Source: Candidatus Sericytochromatia bacterium (GTDB taxonomy: Bacteria; Cyanobacteriota; Sericytochromatia; S15B-MN24; JAQBPE01). Taken from it: DNA of 24,584 bases. Positions 8,070 to 17,449 of this stretch are shown here, in pieces. A program made the translations under genes and the position numbers. Under the pieces are notes generated by a model. The model made no database searches and was not told the origin of the DNA. It worked only from the letters and a program-made list of their open reading frames with translations. The stretch is taken from assembly GCA_040400605.1 (NCBI GenBank), contig JBBAPZ010000025.1:5382-29965 (forward strand), read 5' to 3'. How positions within the stretch are numbered: position 1 is the first letter of the stretch; each line of letters starts with the position of its first letter.

Positions 8070-9281
8070 TCAGCCCTGCGAGGAGCGAGGTGACAGCGAT
8101 TCCTGCCCGGGATCATCAATGGCGCGTGGCGGCCAACCGGGAAGCTTTTCGAGCGCGATGCCAATCAACTCCTCAATGGCCTTGTCATTCTTCGCCCGAC
8201 GCAAATTCGCCAAAGTCCGGTGGTAAAGGTCCTGGTTCTCGATATACGATCGCACGGTATCAACCAATGGATGATCCCGGTCGATACGCTGACCAAGTCC
8301 TTGGCGCACCACCAAATCCAGATTACCCTGCTCCTGCAGCATCGGTTCGCGGTACGCATCAATCAGAATCGGCAGTTCCTTGGCGATCGCCTCGGCAATC
8401 GTGCCCGGTCCCGGTTTGCCAATCAGAATGTCCGCCGCATCCATCATGACGTGCATCCGATCCGTAAAACCCTCCACCCGAATCTTGATCGACGCACTGC
8501 GTGCCAGCTTTTCCATGCGCGCACGCAAACGCTCGTTGCGCCCACACACAGCGATCAACTGAATCGGCAACCCACTCCGCGCCAACTCCCGCGAAAACAG
8601 ATACGTCGCACCCACCGCAACCCCGCCCATCGAAATCAAAACCGTGGGCGTGGTCTCATCCAACTCCAACGCCTGCCGCGCAGCCAGACGTGACGCTGCA
8701 TCACGCCGGCCAAGAAACTTTTGATTGACCGGTAGGCCACTCAAAACCCTAATCTTGCGCTCCGGCACACCATAATCGACCAACTGGCTGCGCGCCTCAT
8801 CATGCAACGCAATGATCAAGTCGGCCTCAGGATTCGCCCAATTCTTCAAAAAGTTGCGCGTCAAGTCCGTACACCAAATGATGTAAGGCACCTTGCCATA
8901 CCAGCCAAGATCCTTCAACACCTGAATCGCCGAATGGTTCACAACGGAAAAAACCGAAATGATCATATCCGGACGCGCCTCCCGTATCGTTTTTTCCAGG
9001 TTGCGCCGCGCCTTCGGCAACAAAGGCATAATCACCTTCTCCACATCCAGGTGGTTCAACACCCGCATGCCCATGTTCGAGTAGGACGGCTTGATCTTGA
9101 GCAGGTGGTTGTACACCTCAAAAAGATGCCCGACACGCTGCGACCCAGTGGCCGCACGTACCGGAAACATCACCACATCAAAATGCCCAGGATGCAAAGA
9201 AGCCAACGCCGCTTCGATCGCTTTTGCTGCAGCATAATGTCCCCCACCCGCGGTTTCGTATAGAACCATGATCTTTTTCAT
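8070..9281 (-). CDS. Diacylglycerol glycosyltransferase, GT28 UgtP / MGDG-synthase family
   Basis: Motifs AGGGHYAAAKAI, CTD, GLPV, VCGRN, GFTDRM, KPGPGTIAEA and QEQGN. ATG at 9281 after GAGAGG. Confidence 0.9.
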   Translation of the reverse strand: MKKIMVLYETAGGGHYAAAKAIEAALASLHPGHFDVVMFPVRAATGSQRVGHLFEVYNHLLKIKPSYSNMGMRVLNHLDVEKVIMPLLPKARRNLEKTIREARPDMIISVFSVVNHSAIQVLKDLGWYGKVPYIIWCTDLTRNFLKNWANPEADLIIALHDEARSQLVDYGVPERKIRVLSGLPVNQKFLGRRDAASRLAARQALELDETTPTVLISMGGVAVGATYLFSRELARSGLPIQLIAVCGRNERLRARMEKLARSASIKIRVEGFTDRMHVMMDAADILIGKPGPGTIAEAIAKELPILIDAYREPMLQEQGNLDLVVRQGLGQRIDRDHPLVDTVRSYIENQDLYHRTLANLRRAKNDKAIEELIGIALEKLPGWPPRAIDDPGQESLSPRSSQG

Positions 9282-9322
9282 CGACTCGCCTCTCACGATC
9301 CCGTTAAACCGGATTGCGAGTC

Positions 9323-9331
9323 ATTCTAGCA
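9323..9331 (-). promoter_or_regulatory. Putative extended -10 promoter of the GT28-NUDIX-MBL operon
   Basis: TGcTAGAAT on the minus strand, about 40 nt before the ATG. Confidence 0.55.
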
Positions 9332-9909
9332 GATGTCGGGCCCATTCGGGGAATTCACCTGTTAACCCGTCAATAGACCACCACCCCAACACACGGCTAC
9401 CAACTCCTACAATCAGTGTTGACGACGTCAACCCTTCACCAGAGCGCATACCGGTCATTCAAACCCACTTGAGACCCATCTGACGCCTTGCGCGGTCAAC
9501 AACATCTCTAGGATGCCGAGAATTGGATGGTCATACCCTTGTTGCCAACCAGCCAGTTCAACAAGTGTTCGTTTGAAGTGTGGCGAAACGATGCGACCGA
9601 GACAATCGGGTCTGACAGTGTCATCAGCGCGCCTTGGTCTGGCGGTTGTCACTTGAACGGAGAATTGCGTTTGTTAACCATCAGATTGACTGATTGTGGC
9701 TTAAATATGCGTTGTGATGGTGTTGAGTGTAACACCCGAAATCGGGCTGCTTACCCTTGCGTCTTGTTCAGATGGTCAATGTCAGATCGGTGAAATTGAT
9801 GGTTGGGAGCGTTTGCCCGTTGGTTTGACTGTGGCTGTCTGTGGGTATGTTGCCTGTGGTTAAGGCCTGTAAATCCTTGTGTTATTCAGGTTAGCGAGGA
9901 GCGAGCGTC

Positions 9910-10992
9910 ATGAGCAACGGCATTTCCGGTGATCGGTACCGATTCAGCACTATCGATTCAACGCGCGGCCGGCCCAGTGCCGCACCTGTTCGGCCTGAAG
10001 CGCCCGAGCGGATGGCGACGGATCGCGTCCAGTTGTCGCAAAGCGCCTCTTTACCTGAGACATTGGCGGAACTGAAGGCGGTAATCGGGTCGCTTGAAGA
10101 GCGGGTGGTGGCGTTGGAAAATCGTGTCGACGCGCGCATCCGAGAGAGCGAAGCAAACGAGCCAAGTCCGGCACGTGGCGTTGATGCAGCGGGCGCGCAA
10201 GCGTCCCAAGGGGAGTCTGAGCCGACGCTGGCTCTGCGAGTGCGGCAGGTTTTCGATGCAAACGATCGGGCAGCGGCGGCACTGGCCTTGAACACCAGCA
10301 ATCAACCGGCGGATCGCGTGAATGCCGAACTAGACATTCGCGGTCAAGTCATGGGTGCCTTGCAAGGCTTTGACGCATCCGGCCTGAATCAAGACGAACA
10401 AAAGGTGGCAGAGGGAGCGATCGCCCGCTTTGGTGAGATCAGTGAAGCCTTGGCCAAGGGTGAAGAGCCGGAACAATTTGCTGGCGAGGTGTTCGCTTTG
10501 CGGCATACCGTGCAAAATCCGGCCCAAGCGGGTGCCCAAAGAGCTGTCACGACCGGTGCGCAGGTGATGGATCGCCTCGTGGCAGTGCGCGCAGACCTTT
10601 ACGCTCGCCTTGACGCCATCGCGGCGGCTGGCCCAAAGGCAGCGCAATCAAAACCGGGTTTGGACCCCAAGCCCTTGCTTGGTCAGATGGAAGTGGTCCA
10701 AGCCTTGGAGATCGCCCTGCAAGACGCCAATTTCAGCAAACTCAGTGAGGCCGAAGACGCCCAGATGAAAGCATCGCTCACCAAGCTGATGGAAGAGTTG
10801 CCGGATCCTGAACGAAACACCTTTCAGTTAACGCCTGAGCGTCTGGACGAAGTGCTCACGCAATTAAGTGGCAAGGCTTCGATGGCATCAACCGAAGCTG
10901 AATCGGCAACCAAGGAGGCGCAAACGATGCTGAAGCCTCAAAGCATCATTCTCGAAGACGCCCAACCCGAGCCATCGGGTGAGGCAAAATAA
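9910..10992 (+). CDS. Hypothetical acidic, alpha-helical / coiled-coil protein (360 aa)
   Basis: Long ORF with GAGGAG Shine-Dalgarno and heptad segment LAELKAVIGSLEERVVALENRV. No family recognised. Confidence 0.8.
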   Translation: MSNGISGDRYRFSTIDSTRGRPSAAPVRPEAPERMATDRVQLSQSASLPETLAELKAVIGSLEERVVALENRVDARIRESEANEPSPARGVDAAGAQASQGESEPTLALRVRQVFDANDRAAAALALNTSNQPADRVNAELDIRGQVMGALQGFDASGLNQDEQKVAEGAIARFGEISEALAKGEEPEQFAGEVFALRHTVQNPAQAGAQRAVTTGAQVMDRLVAVRADLYARLDAIAAAGPKAAQSKPGLDPKPLLGQMEVVQALEIALQDANFSKLSEAEDAQMKASLTKLMEELPDPERNTFQLTPERLDEVLTQLSGKASMASTEAESATKEAQTMLKPQSIILEDAQPEPSGEAK

Positions 10993-11006
10993 GCGGGGTA
11001 TCACGC

Positions 11007-11546
11007 ATGAAAGGCAGTATCATGGGGCAACCAGCCACTGGTAAACCGCCCTCTCAATCGCGGGTGAGCATGGTTGAACATGTGTTGCCGAATGACACCA
11101 ATCCTCACGGCACCATATTCGGAGGCCGCGTCATGGCATTGATTGACATCGCAGCCACGATCGCGGCCAGCCGGCACGCCAGGCGCGCGGTTGTGACCGC
11201 GTCGATTGATGACATGGTTTTTCTTTATCCCATCAAACTCGGTCACCACGTCATTTTGGAGGCTGCGGTCACAGAAGCGTTTGGGACGTCCATGGAAGTG
11301 GTGGTTGAGGTTTTTTCAGAAAACCCCATAACCGGTGAACATCGCATGACCGGTACGGCCTACACCACGTTTGTGGCCCTTGATGATCTCGGCCATCCGA
11401 CAGCCGTTCCGCCGCTCCTTCCCGAAACGGAATGGGAACGTGAACAGCAGCAAGAGGCACGCTTGCGCAAGGCGGATCGCTTGGAACGAAGGGAAAAGGC
11501 CCGTATCCGTCAAAAGCGTCGGATTGAGCAAAATCACCTGACTTGA
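11007..11546 (+). CDS. Acyl-CoA thioesterase, YciA-like hotdog fold
   Basis: Motifs PNDTNPHGTIFGGRVMALID, VVTAS, GTSMEV and TFVALD. The start could instead be the ATG at 11022. Confidence 0.93.
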   Translation: MKGSIMGQPATGKPPSQSRVSMVEHVLPNDTNPHGTIFGGRVMALIDIAATIAASRHARRAVVTASIDDMVFLYPIKLGHHVILEAAVTEAFGTSMEVVVEVFSENPITGEHRMTGTAYTTFVALDDLGHPTAVPPLLPETEWEREQQQEARLRKADRLERREKARIRQKRRIEQNHLT

Positions 11547-11747
11547 GGGTTGGCATAGCGATCCAAATGTCAGGAGTGAGTAGCCGGGCAAGCGAGGGCG
11601 GTACGCCAATCGCAACGAAACGTGCTGAATTGTCATCCATGCCAACACCTTCACCCGGCAAGATTACCGTGAACCCAAGGGGTTTGGAAGACACTTTTGA
11701 GTTTCCGAGCTGTCACTGTTGATGAGCGTTGATTCGCAGTCCCGAAT

Positions 11748-12626
11748 TTAGGGTCGCCGCTCTTTGTCACTCAGTTTCGCGTTTTGTTTGCTCCGTTTTT
11801 TTTTCGGAATCTTTGCCAATGGTCGTGACGAAGGCAAATCGGCCGCGACTTGCACGGAGTCCCAGACTCCGTGGGTTTTGAGGACGCGCTTGATGACCCC
11901 AGTGGTTAGCATTTTTTGAAAGGCGGTGTTGAGCCGGGCTTCGAGACTGGGAGACGATGCAGCGATCGCCACCGCACACGGCCTCGGAAGGATCGGTTTG
12001 CCAGCAATTCGAACGCGTGGACCCAAGCGACGCGCTTCGTGCAATACCAACGCGGATTCCAGCACCACCGCCTGTGTCTTGCCCGTAACCAAAGCGCGAA
12101 ACGGCGCGACAAGATCCGGAGACAGCTTGACATGAGCGGGTTTGGGGTTCAATCCTGCAATCACGAGCGCTGCAGTGGTACCGCGTGTGCTTGAGACGTG
12201 AGCGTCCTTGAGGTCCGCGAGCCGGTGGATGCGGTTGTCGCGCCCGCTGACGAGAACCGACTGCGAAGCCACATAATAAGGCGTCAAGAAACGGATGCCG
12301 GGTTGTTCGCTGACTTCAAGCGATCCCATCGCTGCATCAAAATGCCCCTGCCTGACACCATCCAATAAATTTTGCCACGGGGTTTCGACGATTTTGATGC
12401 GCAGCGCTGATGCCTGTCCCAATGCGTCGGCGATGTCCACTTCGAAACCCTCAAGGCGCTCACCTTTACGCCGCGCGTAAGGCAAGCCAACGGTCGGGTC
12501 AAGCCCCAAACGCAAATCGCCGCTTGCCTGTGCTTCAGGCTTGGGGCTTGCAAGCACAGGCGCACGGATGCCAGCGAAAATGAGAACCGAAGCGAGACAA
12601 AACAGTCCCAGGCGATCGCCAATCAC
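11748..12626 (-). CDS. Polar amino acid ABC transporter substrate-binding protein (family 3)
   Basis: Signal peptide followed by GFEVDIA, PWQNLL, FLTPYY and GTTA. The GTG start overlaps the alaS stop (GTGA). Confidence 0.85.
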   Translation of the reverse strand: MIGDRLGLFCLASVLIFAGIRAPVLASPKPEAQASGDLRLGLDPTVGLPYARRKGERLEGFEVDIADALGQASALRIKIVETPWQNLLDGVRQGHFDAAMGSLEVSEQPGIRFLTPYYVASQSVLVSGRDNRIHRLADLKDAHVSSTRGTTAALVIAGLNPKPAHVKLSPDLVAPFRALVTGKTQAVVLESALVLHEARRLGPRVRIAGKPILPRPCAVAIAASSPSLEARLNTAFQKMLTTGVIKRVLKTHGVWDSVQVAADLPSSRPLAKIPKKKRSKQNAKLSDKERRP

Positions 12627-15244
12627 GTCTGCACCGTCTGCAAAAGCCCAGGCAACCACGTTTTCAGCTGCTTCAACGCAACGTCGATGCGTGTCGCATC
12701 TCCACCGCCACCTTGCGCAAAATTGGCTTTGCCACTGCCACGCCCGCCAATCTCATCCATGAAGCGCTTGAGCACATCCCCCGCACGAACACCCCGTGCA
12801 ATCAGCGGATCCGGTACCAAGGCCACGGCTGACACTTTGCCGCCATGTACACCGACCAACAAGACCACCGCGTCGTTCAGGTGTTCGAACAAACTGTACG
12901 CTGCCGTGCGAAGCGCATCCGGCGTCAGGTCCATCTGAGCTGCCGCAAGAAAACGCACGCCGGATGCTTCCTCAACCGCACCCACCAACGCGGCCGTACG
13001 CGCCACGGCCAATTGGGCCTGCAAAGCTGACAGTTGTTTTTCGGTCGCGCGCAGGTTCTCCTGCAGTTTTTCGAGACGCTCGGGGATGTCGGGCAACGAG
13101 GATTTCAGGCGATCGCCAACTACGCGAAGCGTCTGCGCCGTCTGCACCGCCCACCCGTACGCCGCCAAGCCTGCAACGGCTTCAATCCGGCGAACACCTG
13201 CGGCGATTCCACTCTCCGACAACACCTTAAACAAGCCAATCTCACCGGTTGAGGCGACGTGGGTGCCCCCGCACAACTCTTTTGAAAAAGCACCGATACT
13301 CAACACGCGCACCGCATCACCGTACTTTTCATCAAACAGGGCCATCGCCCCACTATCCCGCGCCGCGGCAAAATCCATGACCGCGGTATCGACCACCATA
13401 TTTTTCAGGATTTCAGTATTGACGAGCGCTTCGACCTGGGCGATTTCAGCGTCGGTCATGGCCCGCGCCAGCGTGAAATCGAAACGCAAACCATCGGCTT
13501 GGACCAAGGATCCGGCCTGTGTGACGTGCGTGCCCAAGACCTGACGCAAGGCCGCGTGCAACAGGTGTGTAGCGGTGTGATGACGACGGATGGCGGCGCG
13601 GCGATCACCATCTACCCGAGCCACCACCTGATCACCCACCTGAAAGCCTGTTGCCCCGCTCATCACGTGAATAATCGCCTGGTTGCGGCGCTGGGTATCC
13701 CAAACCGCCTCGCCCGAGCCCTCGGCCTCGTTTCCAATCACACCAAACAAATGCCCTGTGTCACCCACTTGCCCACCGGATTCCGCATAAAATGGCGTTT
13801 CATCCAATACGATGCCAGTCTTGCCCGCGCCAAGATCCAAAACATCAACGACTTCACTGACACCCCGTAAGCCGACATAACCCGAGAAACGACTCACAGC
13901 CGTGGCCACAGCATCGGCGCTAAACGCAATCCCCGCTTTTTCACGAGCGGCCCGGGCACGATCGCGCTGCGCAACCATCAACCGCTCGAAACCCGCTTCA
14001 TCGACGCCGATGCCACGCTCGTGTGCGAGTTCAAGCGTCAAATCGAGCGGAAACCCGTAAGTGTCGTAAAGCTCAAACGCCGTGTTGCCATCCAATTGCG
14101 AACCCGAGGACAAACCGGCCAGCGCCTCATCTAGCAAGGCCATGCCCCGGTCGATGGTCTGTCCGAAACGCCGCTCCTCTTCAAGCAAAGTCTCCGTTAC
14201 CAATAACTCGCGCTCGACAAGCTCGGTGTAAAAATCACCGTACATTTCAACCACAGTACCCACCTGACGATGCAGGAAGTGCTCCGAGATCCCAAGCAGG
14301 CGTCCATGACGAAACGCCCGACGAATAATGCGACGCAGCACATAGCCACGCCCCTCATTTGATGGCACCACACCGTCCGCAATCAGGAAAACACTGGCGC
14401 GGAGGTGGTCGGAAATCAGCTTGAGCGATACATCCGTCTTCGCATCACTGCCGTAGGCGCGCCCGGCCACCTTGGCCACGGACTGCAATATCGGTTGAAT
14501 CATGTCCGTGTCATAGTTGGAGCGCACACCCTGCAAAACGGATGCAAGACGCTCCAGACCCATGCCCGTATCAATGTTTTTGGCCGGTAACGGCGTCAGC
14601 TGACCCGACTCGTCACGGTTAAACTCCATAAACACCAAATTCCAAACTTCCAAAAACCGTGTATCGTCTTCGCCGAGTCGGGCGTCGGGATTGCCATTGC
14701 CCGCCTCAACACCCAAATCGACGTAAATCTCCGAACACGGACCGCACGGACCGGTAAGACCGGCTGCCCAGAAGTTATCCTCAGCGCCCATGCGCACAAT
14801 GCGCTCCGCTGCCACGCCAACCACATCGTGCCAAATGCGGTACGCCTCGTCATCCGTCTCAAAAACCGAAATCCACAACCGCTCCCGTGGAATCTCCAGA
14901 TTGACTGTCAAAAACTCCCACGCCCACGGGATCACCTCGCTTTTGAAGTAATCACCGAACGAAAAGTTGCCGAGCATCTGAAAAAAAGTGTGGTGCCGCG
15001 CCGTGCGACCCACATTGTCCAGATCAGTCGTCCGAAAACACTTCTGCACTGTCACCACCCGCGAATGCTCAGGCTTTTCGGCACCCATAAAAATCGGTTT
15101 GAACTGCAGCATACCAGCGGTGGTCAGCAAAACGGTCGGATCTTTCCGCGGCACCAAGCTGGAGCTGGGTAGGTGACAATGCGCCTTTTGCTCAAAAAAA
15201 GCGATAAAAGCATCCCTGATTTCTTTAAAAGTGCGCGCGTGCAC
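12623..15244 (-). CDS. alaS: Alanine--tRNA ligase
   Basis: Motifs TAGMLQFK, HHTFFQMLGNFSFGDYFK, GPCGPCSE, DTGMGLER, LYDTYGFP, HTATHLLH and ELCGGTH. GTG start at 15244 after GGAAGG. Confidence 0.98.
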   Translation of the reverse strand: MHARTFKEIRDAFIAFFEQKAHCHLPSSSLVPRKDPTVLLTTAGMLQFKPIFMGAEKPEHSRVVTVQKCFRTTDLDNVGRTARHHTFFQMLGNFSFGDYFKSEVIPWAWEFLTVNLEIPRERLWISVFETDDEAYRIWHDVVGVAAERIVRMGAEDNFWAAGLTGPCGPCSEIYVDLGVEAGNGNPDARLGEDDTRFLEVWNLVFMEFNRDESGQLTPLPAKNIDTGMGLERLASVLQGVRSNYDTDMIQPILQSVAKVAGRAYGSDAKTDVSLKLISDHLRASVFLIADGVVPSNEGRGYVLRRIIRRAFRHGRLLGISEHFLHRQVGTVVEMYGDFYTELVERELLVTETLLEEERRFGQTIDRGMALLDEALAGLSSGSQLDGNTAFELYDTYGFPLDLTLELAHERGIGVDEAGFERLMVAQRDRARAAREKAGIAFSADAVATAVSRFSGYVGLRGVSEVVDVLDLGAGKTGIVLDETPFYAESGGQVGDTGHLFGVIGNEAEGSGEAVWDTQRRNQAIIHVMSGATGFQVGDQVVARVDGDRRAAIRRHHTATHLLHAALRQVLGTHVTQAGSLVQADGLRFDFTLARAMTDAEIAQVEALVNTEILKNMVVDTAVMDFAAARDSGAMALFDEKYGDAVRVLSIGAFSKELCGGTHVASTGEIGLFKVLSESGIAAGVRRIEAVAGLAAYGWAVQTAQTLRVVGDRLKSSLPDIPERLEKLQENLRATEKQLSALQAQLAVARTAALVGAVEEASGVRFLAAAQMDLTPDALRTAAYSLFEHLNDAVVLLVGVHGGKVSAVALVPDPLIARGVRAGDVLKRFMDEIGGRGSGKANFAQGGGGDATRIDVALKQLKTWLPGLLQTVQT

Positions 15245-15297
15245 AGATACACCCTTCCTGTTCAACGGACTGGAATACGCCTGTTTCCAACACCCCC

Positions 15298-15306
15298 ATT
15301 CTAACA
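15298..15306 (-). promoter_or_regulatory. Putative extended -10 promoter of alaS
   Basis: TGtTAGAAT on the minus strand, about 55 nt before the start. Confidence 0.5.
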
Positions 15307-15539
15307 GAAACCGCCGTGCGCTTCGTCGACACAACGCTGCTCCATTCAGGCGAAAAAGGGATAATCCCGCTCATTCACCGATTGTTGGTATCACGGTCGA
15401 TGTGACGGGGCGGTCGTTGCCATTCGCACCTGGTCACAAGCGCCAGGTGACTTCGCCAAGGCAGAGGTCTTTTTTTGAGCTTGACGGTCTCTTTACGATT
15501 CCTGCCAAGCCAAGACCGTTCACCCTGCTTTCACGAGGA

Positions 15540-15548
15540 TGCTATGAT
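15540..15548 (+). promoter_or_regulatory. Putative extended -10 promoter of glmS
   Basis: TGcTATGAT, about 70 nt before the ATG. Confidence 0.5.
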
Positions 15549-15619
15549 GACGAGGGATGCTGCGTTTGGCGTGATGGCGACGTGCTTTGGCAAGCCTTGT
15601 TTGAGGATTTGAAGAGACG

Positions 15620-17449
15620 ATGTGTGGAATTGTCGGCTACATTGGTGCGCAAAGCGCCTCGGATATTTTGGTTGAGGGCCTGAAACGGCTGGAATACCGG
15701 GGTTATGACTCTGCGGGTATCGCAATCAATGCCAACGGGGTGTTGGATTTGCGACGTGAAGTGGGCAAGTTGCGTAACCTGGAGCGCCAACTGGTGGCGT
15801 CGCCGCCTGTTGGCTCGGTGGGCATTGGGCATACGCGGTGGGCAACGCACGGGCGTCCAACGACTTACAATTCACACCCCCACACCGACGAGTCTGGCAA
15901 TCTGGTGGTGGTTCACAATGGCATCATTGAAAACTTTGTGTCGCTCAAGAACGAGTTGATGGGTGCCGGCGTCAAGTTCAGCTCGGATACGGACACCGAG
16001 GTCATTGCACATCTGGTGGCGAGCGCGTATCGCGGCGATCTGCTGGATGCGGTGTTTCAGGCTCTGTCGCGTGTCGAGGGAACGTATGCGATTGCTGTCA
16101 TGCATAAGGACAATCCGGATTTGCTGGTGGGCGGGCGGCGTGGCTCGCCGTTGATTGTCGGCATCGGAGAGGGTGAAAACTTTTTGGCTTCTGACATTCC
16201 AGCCATTTTGGGTCACACGCGTCAAATCGTATATCTCGAAGACGGTCAAGTGGCGGAGGTTAGCCGGGATCGGGTGCGGGTGTTTAACGAACGGCGTGAA
16301 AATGTTGAGTTTTTGGTGACCCGGATTGATTGGAATTTGGTCGCGGCGGAGAAGGCTGGCTTTGAGCATTTTATGCTGAAGGAGATTCACGAACAGCCGA
16401 CGTCCTTGTCAAACGTGATGGCTGGGCGTTTGGATGAGCGTGAAGGCAGCGTGTTTTTGAATGACTTGGGTATCGAACCGTCGCGTTTTGCACAATTCAG
16501 GCGGATTTGTGTGGTGGCTTGCGGGACGGCTTATTACGCCGGTTTGGTTGGCAAGCATTTGATTGAAGAGATGGCACGGGTGCCGGTGGAGGTTGACCTC
16601 GCCTCGGAGTTCCGTTATCGCAACCCGGTCATTGATGCGGACACCTTGTTGATTGCCGTCTCGCAATCGGGTGAAACGGCTGACACCCTGGCAGCCGTCA
16701 AGGAGGCCAAGCGGCGGGGTGCAACGGTGCTCGGTTTGATTAACGTGATTGGGTCTGCGATCGCGCGTGAGGCCGATGGCAATTTGTACCTGCACGCGGG
16801 GCCGGAAATTTCCGTGGCTTCCACAAAGGCGTATACGTCCATGGTCGCAGGTTTCACGTTGGTCGCGTTGCACCTTGGTTTGGTACGCCAGCAACTGGAT
16901 GCTGACAACGCCCGTCGCTTCATGACCGAGTTGAAGCGGGTCCCTGCTTTGGTTGCGCGGATTTTGGAAAATGATCGGGGCATTCGCGAGCTGGCCAGTC
17001 GTTTCACGCATGTGCGTGACTTTATGTACCTCGGGCGCGGGTTGAATTGTCCGACCGCGCTGGAGGGGGCGCTAAAGCTGAAAGAGATTTCTTATATTCA
17101 TGCGGAGGCGTATGCGGCGGGTGAGCTCAAACATGGGCCGATCGCCTTGATCACCTCCGAGATGCCGGTGGTTGCCATCGCGACGGATTGCGATACCTAC
17201 GACAAGGTGCTTTCGAACATCCAGGAGGTGAAAGCCCGGGATGGGGTCGTAATTGCGATCGCCACGGAAGGCAACATCGCGATTCAGGAATATGTGGATT
17301 ACGTCGTGTACGTACCGCCCGTAGACCCCTTGCTGGCGCCCTTGGTCAACGTGATACCCTTGCAGTTGTTGAGTTACCACATCGCACGCCTGCGTGGGCT
17401 GGATGTGGATCAACCCCGCAACCTCGCCAAGTCGGTTACAGTCGAATGA
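15620..17449 (+). CDS. glmS: Glutamine--fructose-6-phosphate transaminase (isomerizing)
   Basis: Motifs MCGIVG, LEYRGYDSAG, GHTRWATHG, SQSGETADT, ELKHGPIAL and PRNLAKSVTVE. Confidence 0.99.
   Translation: MCGIVGYIGAQSASDILVEGLKRLEYRGYDSAGIAINANGVLDLRREVGKLRNLERQLVASPPVGSVGIGHTRWATHGRPTTYNSHPHTDESGNLVVVHNGIIENFVSLKNELMGAGVKFSSDTDTEVIAHLVASAYRGDLLDAVFQALSRVEGTYAIAVMHKDNPDLLVGGRRGSPLIVGIGEGENFLASDIPAILGHTRQIVYLEDGQVAEVSRDRVRVFNERRENVEFLVTRIDWNLVAAEKAGFEHFMLKEIHEQPTSLSNVMAGRLDEREGSVFLNDLGIEPSRFAQFRRICVVACGTAYYAGLVGKHLIEEMARVPVEVDLASEFRYRNPVIDADTLLIAVSQSGETADTLAAVKEAKRRGATVLGLINVIGSAIAREADGNLYLHAGPEISVASTKAYTSMVAGFTLVALHLGLVRQQLDADNARRFMTELKRVPALVARILENDRGIRELASRFTHVRDFMYLGRGLNCPTALEGALKLKEISYIHAEAYAAGELKHGPIALITSEMPVVAIATDCDTYDKVLSNIQEVKARDGVVIAIATEGNIAIQEYVDYVVYVPPVDPLLAPLVNVIPLQLLSYHIARLRGLDVDQPRNLAKSVTVE

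Noticed and set aside
11549..11646. SRP-RNA-like words (TGTCAGG...AGTAGC) inside GTTGGCAT/ATGCCAAC arms
   Set aside because: The GNRA-capped helix between CAGG and AGCAG is absent and the interior pairing is poor.
15245..15420. T-box leader upstream of alaS
   Set aside because: No T-box consensus (GGTGGNACCGCG) or terminator, and the likely promoter is only about 55 nt from the start.
15438..15600. Possible glmS ribozyme (AGCGCCAGG near 15439 and GACGAGG near 15549)
   Set aside because: The downstream conserved core (AUCGA...GCGGAUG) is missing and no P1 stem links the two words. A likely -10 at 15543-15548 would also leave only a ~65-nt leader.
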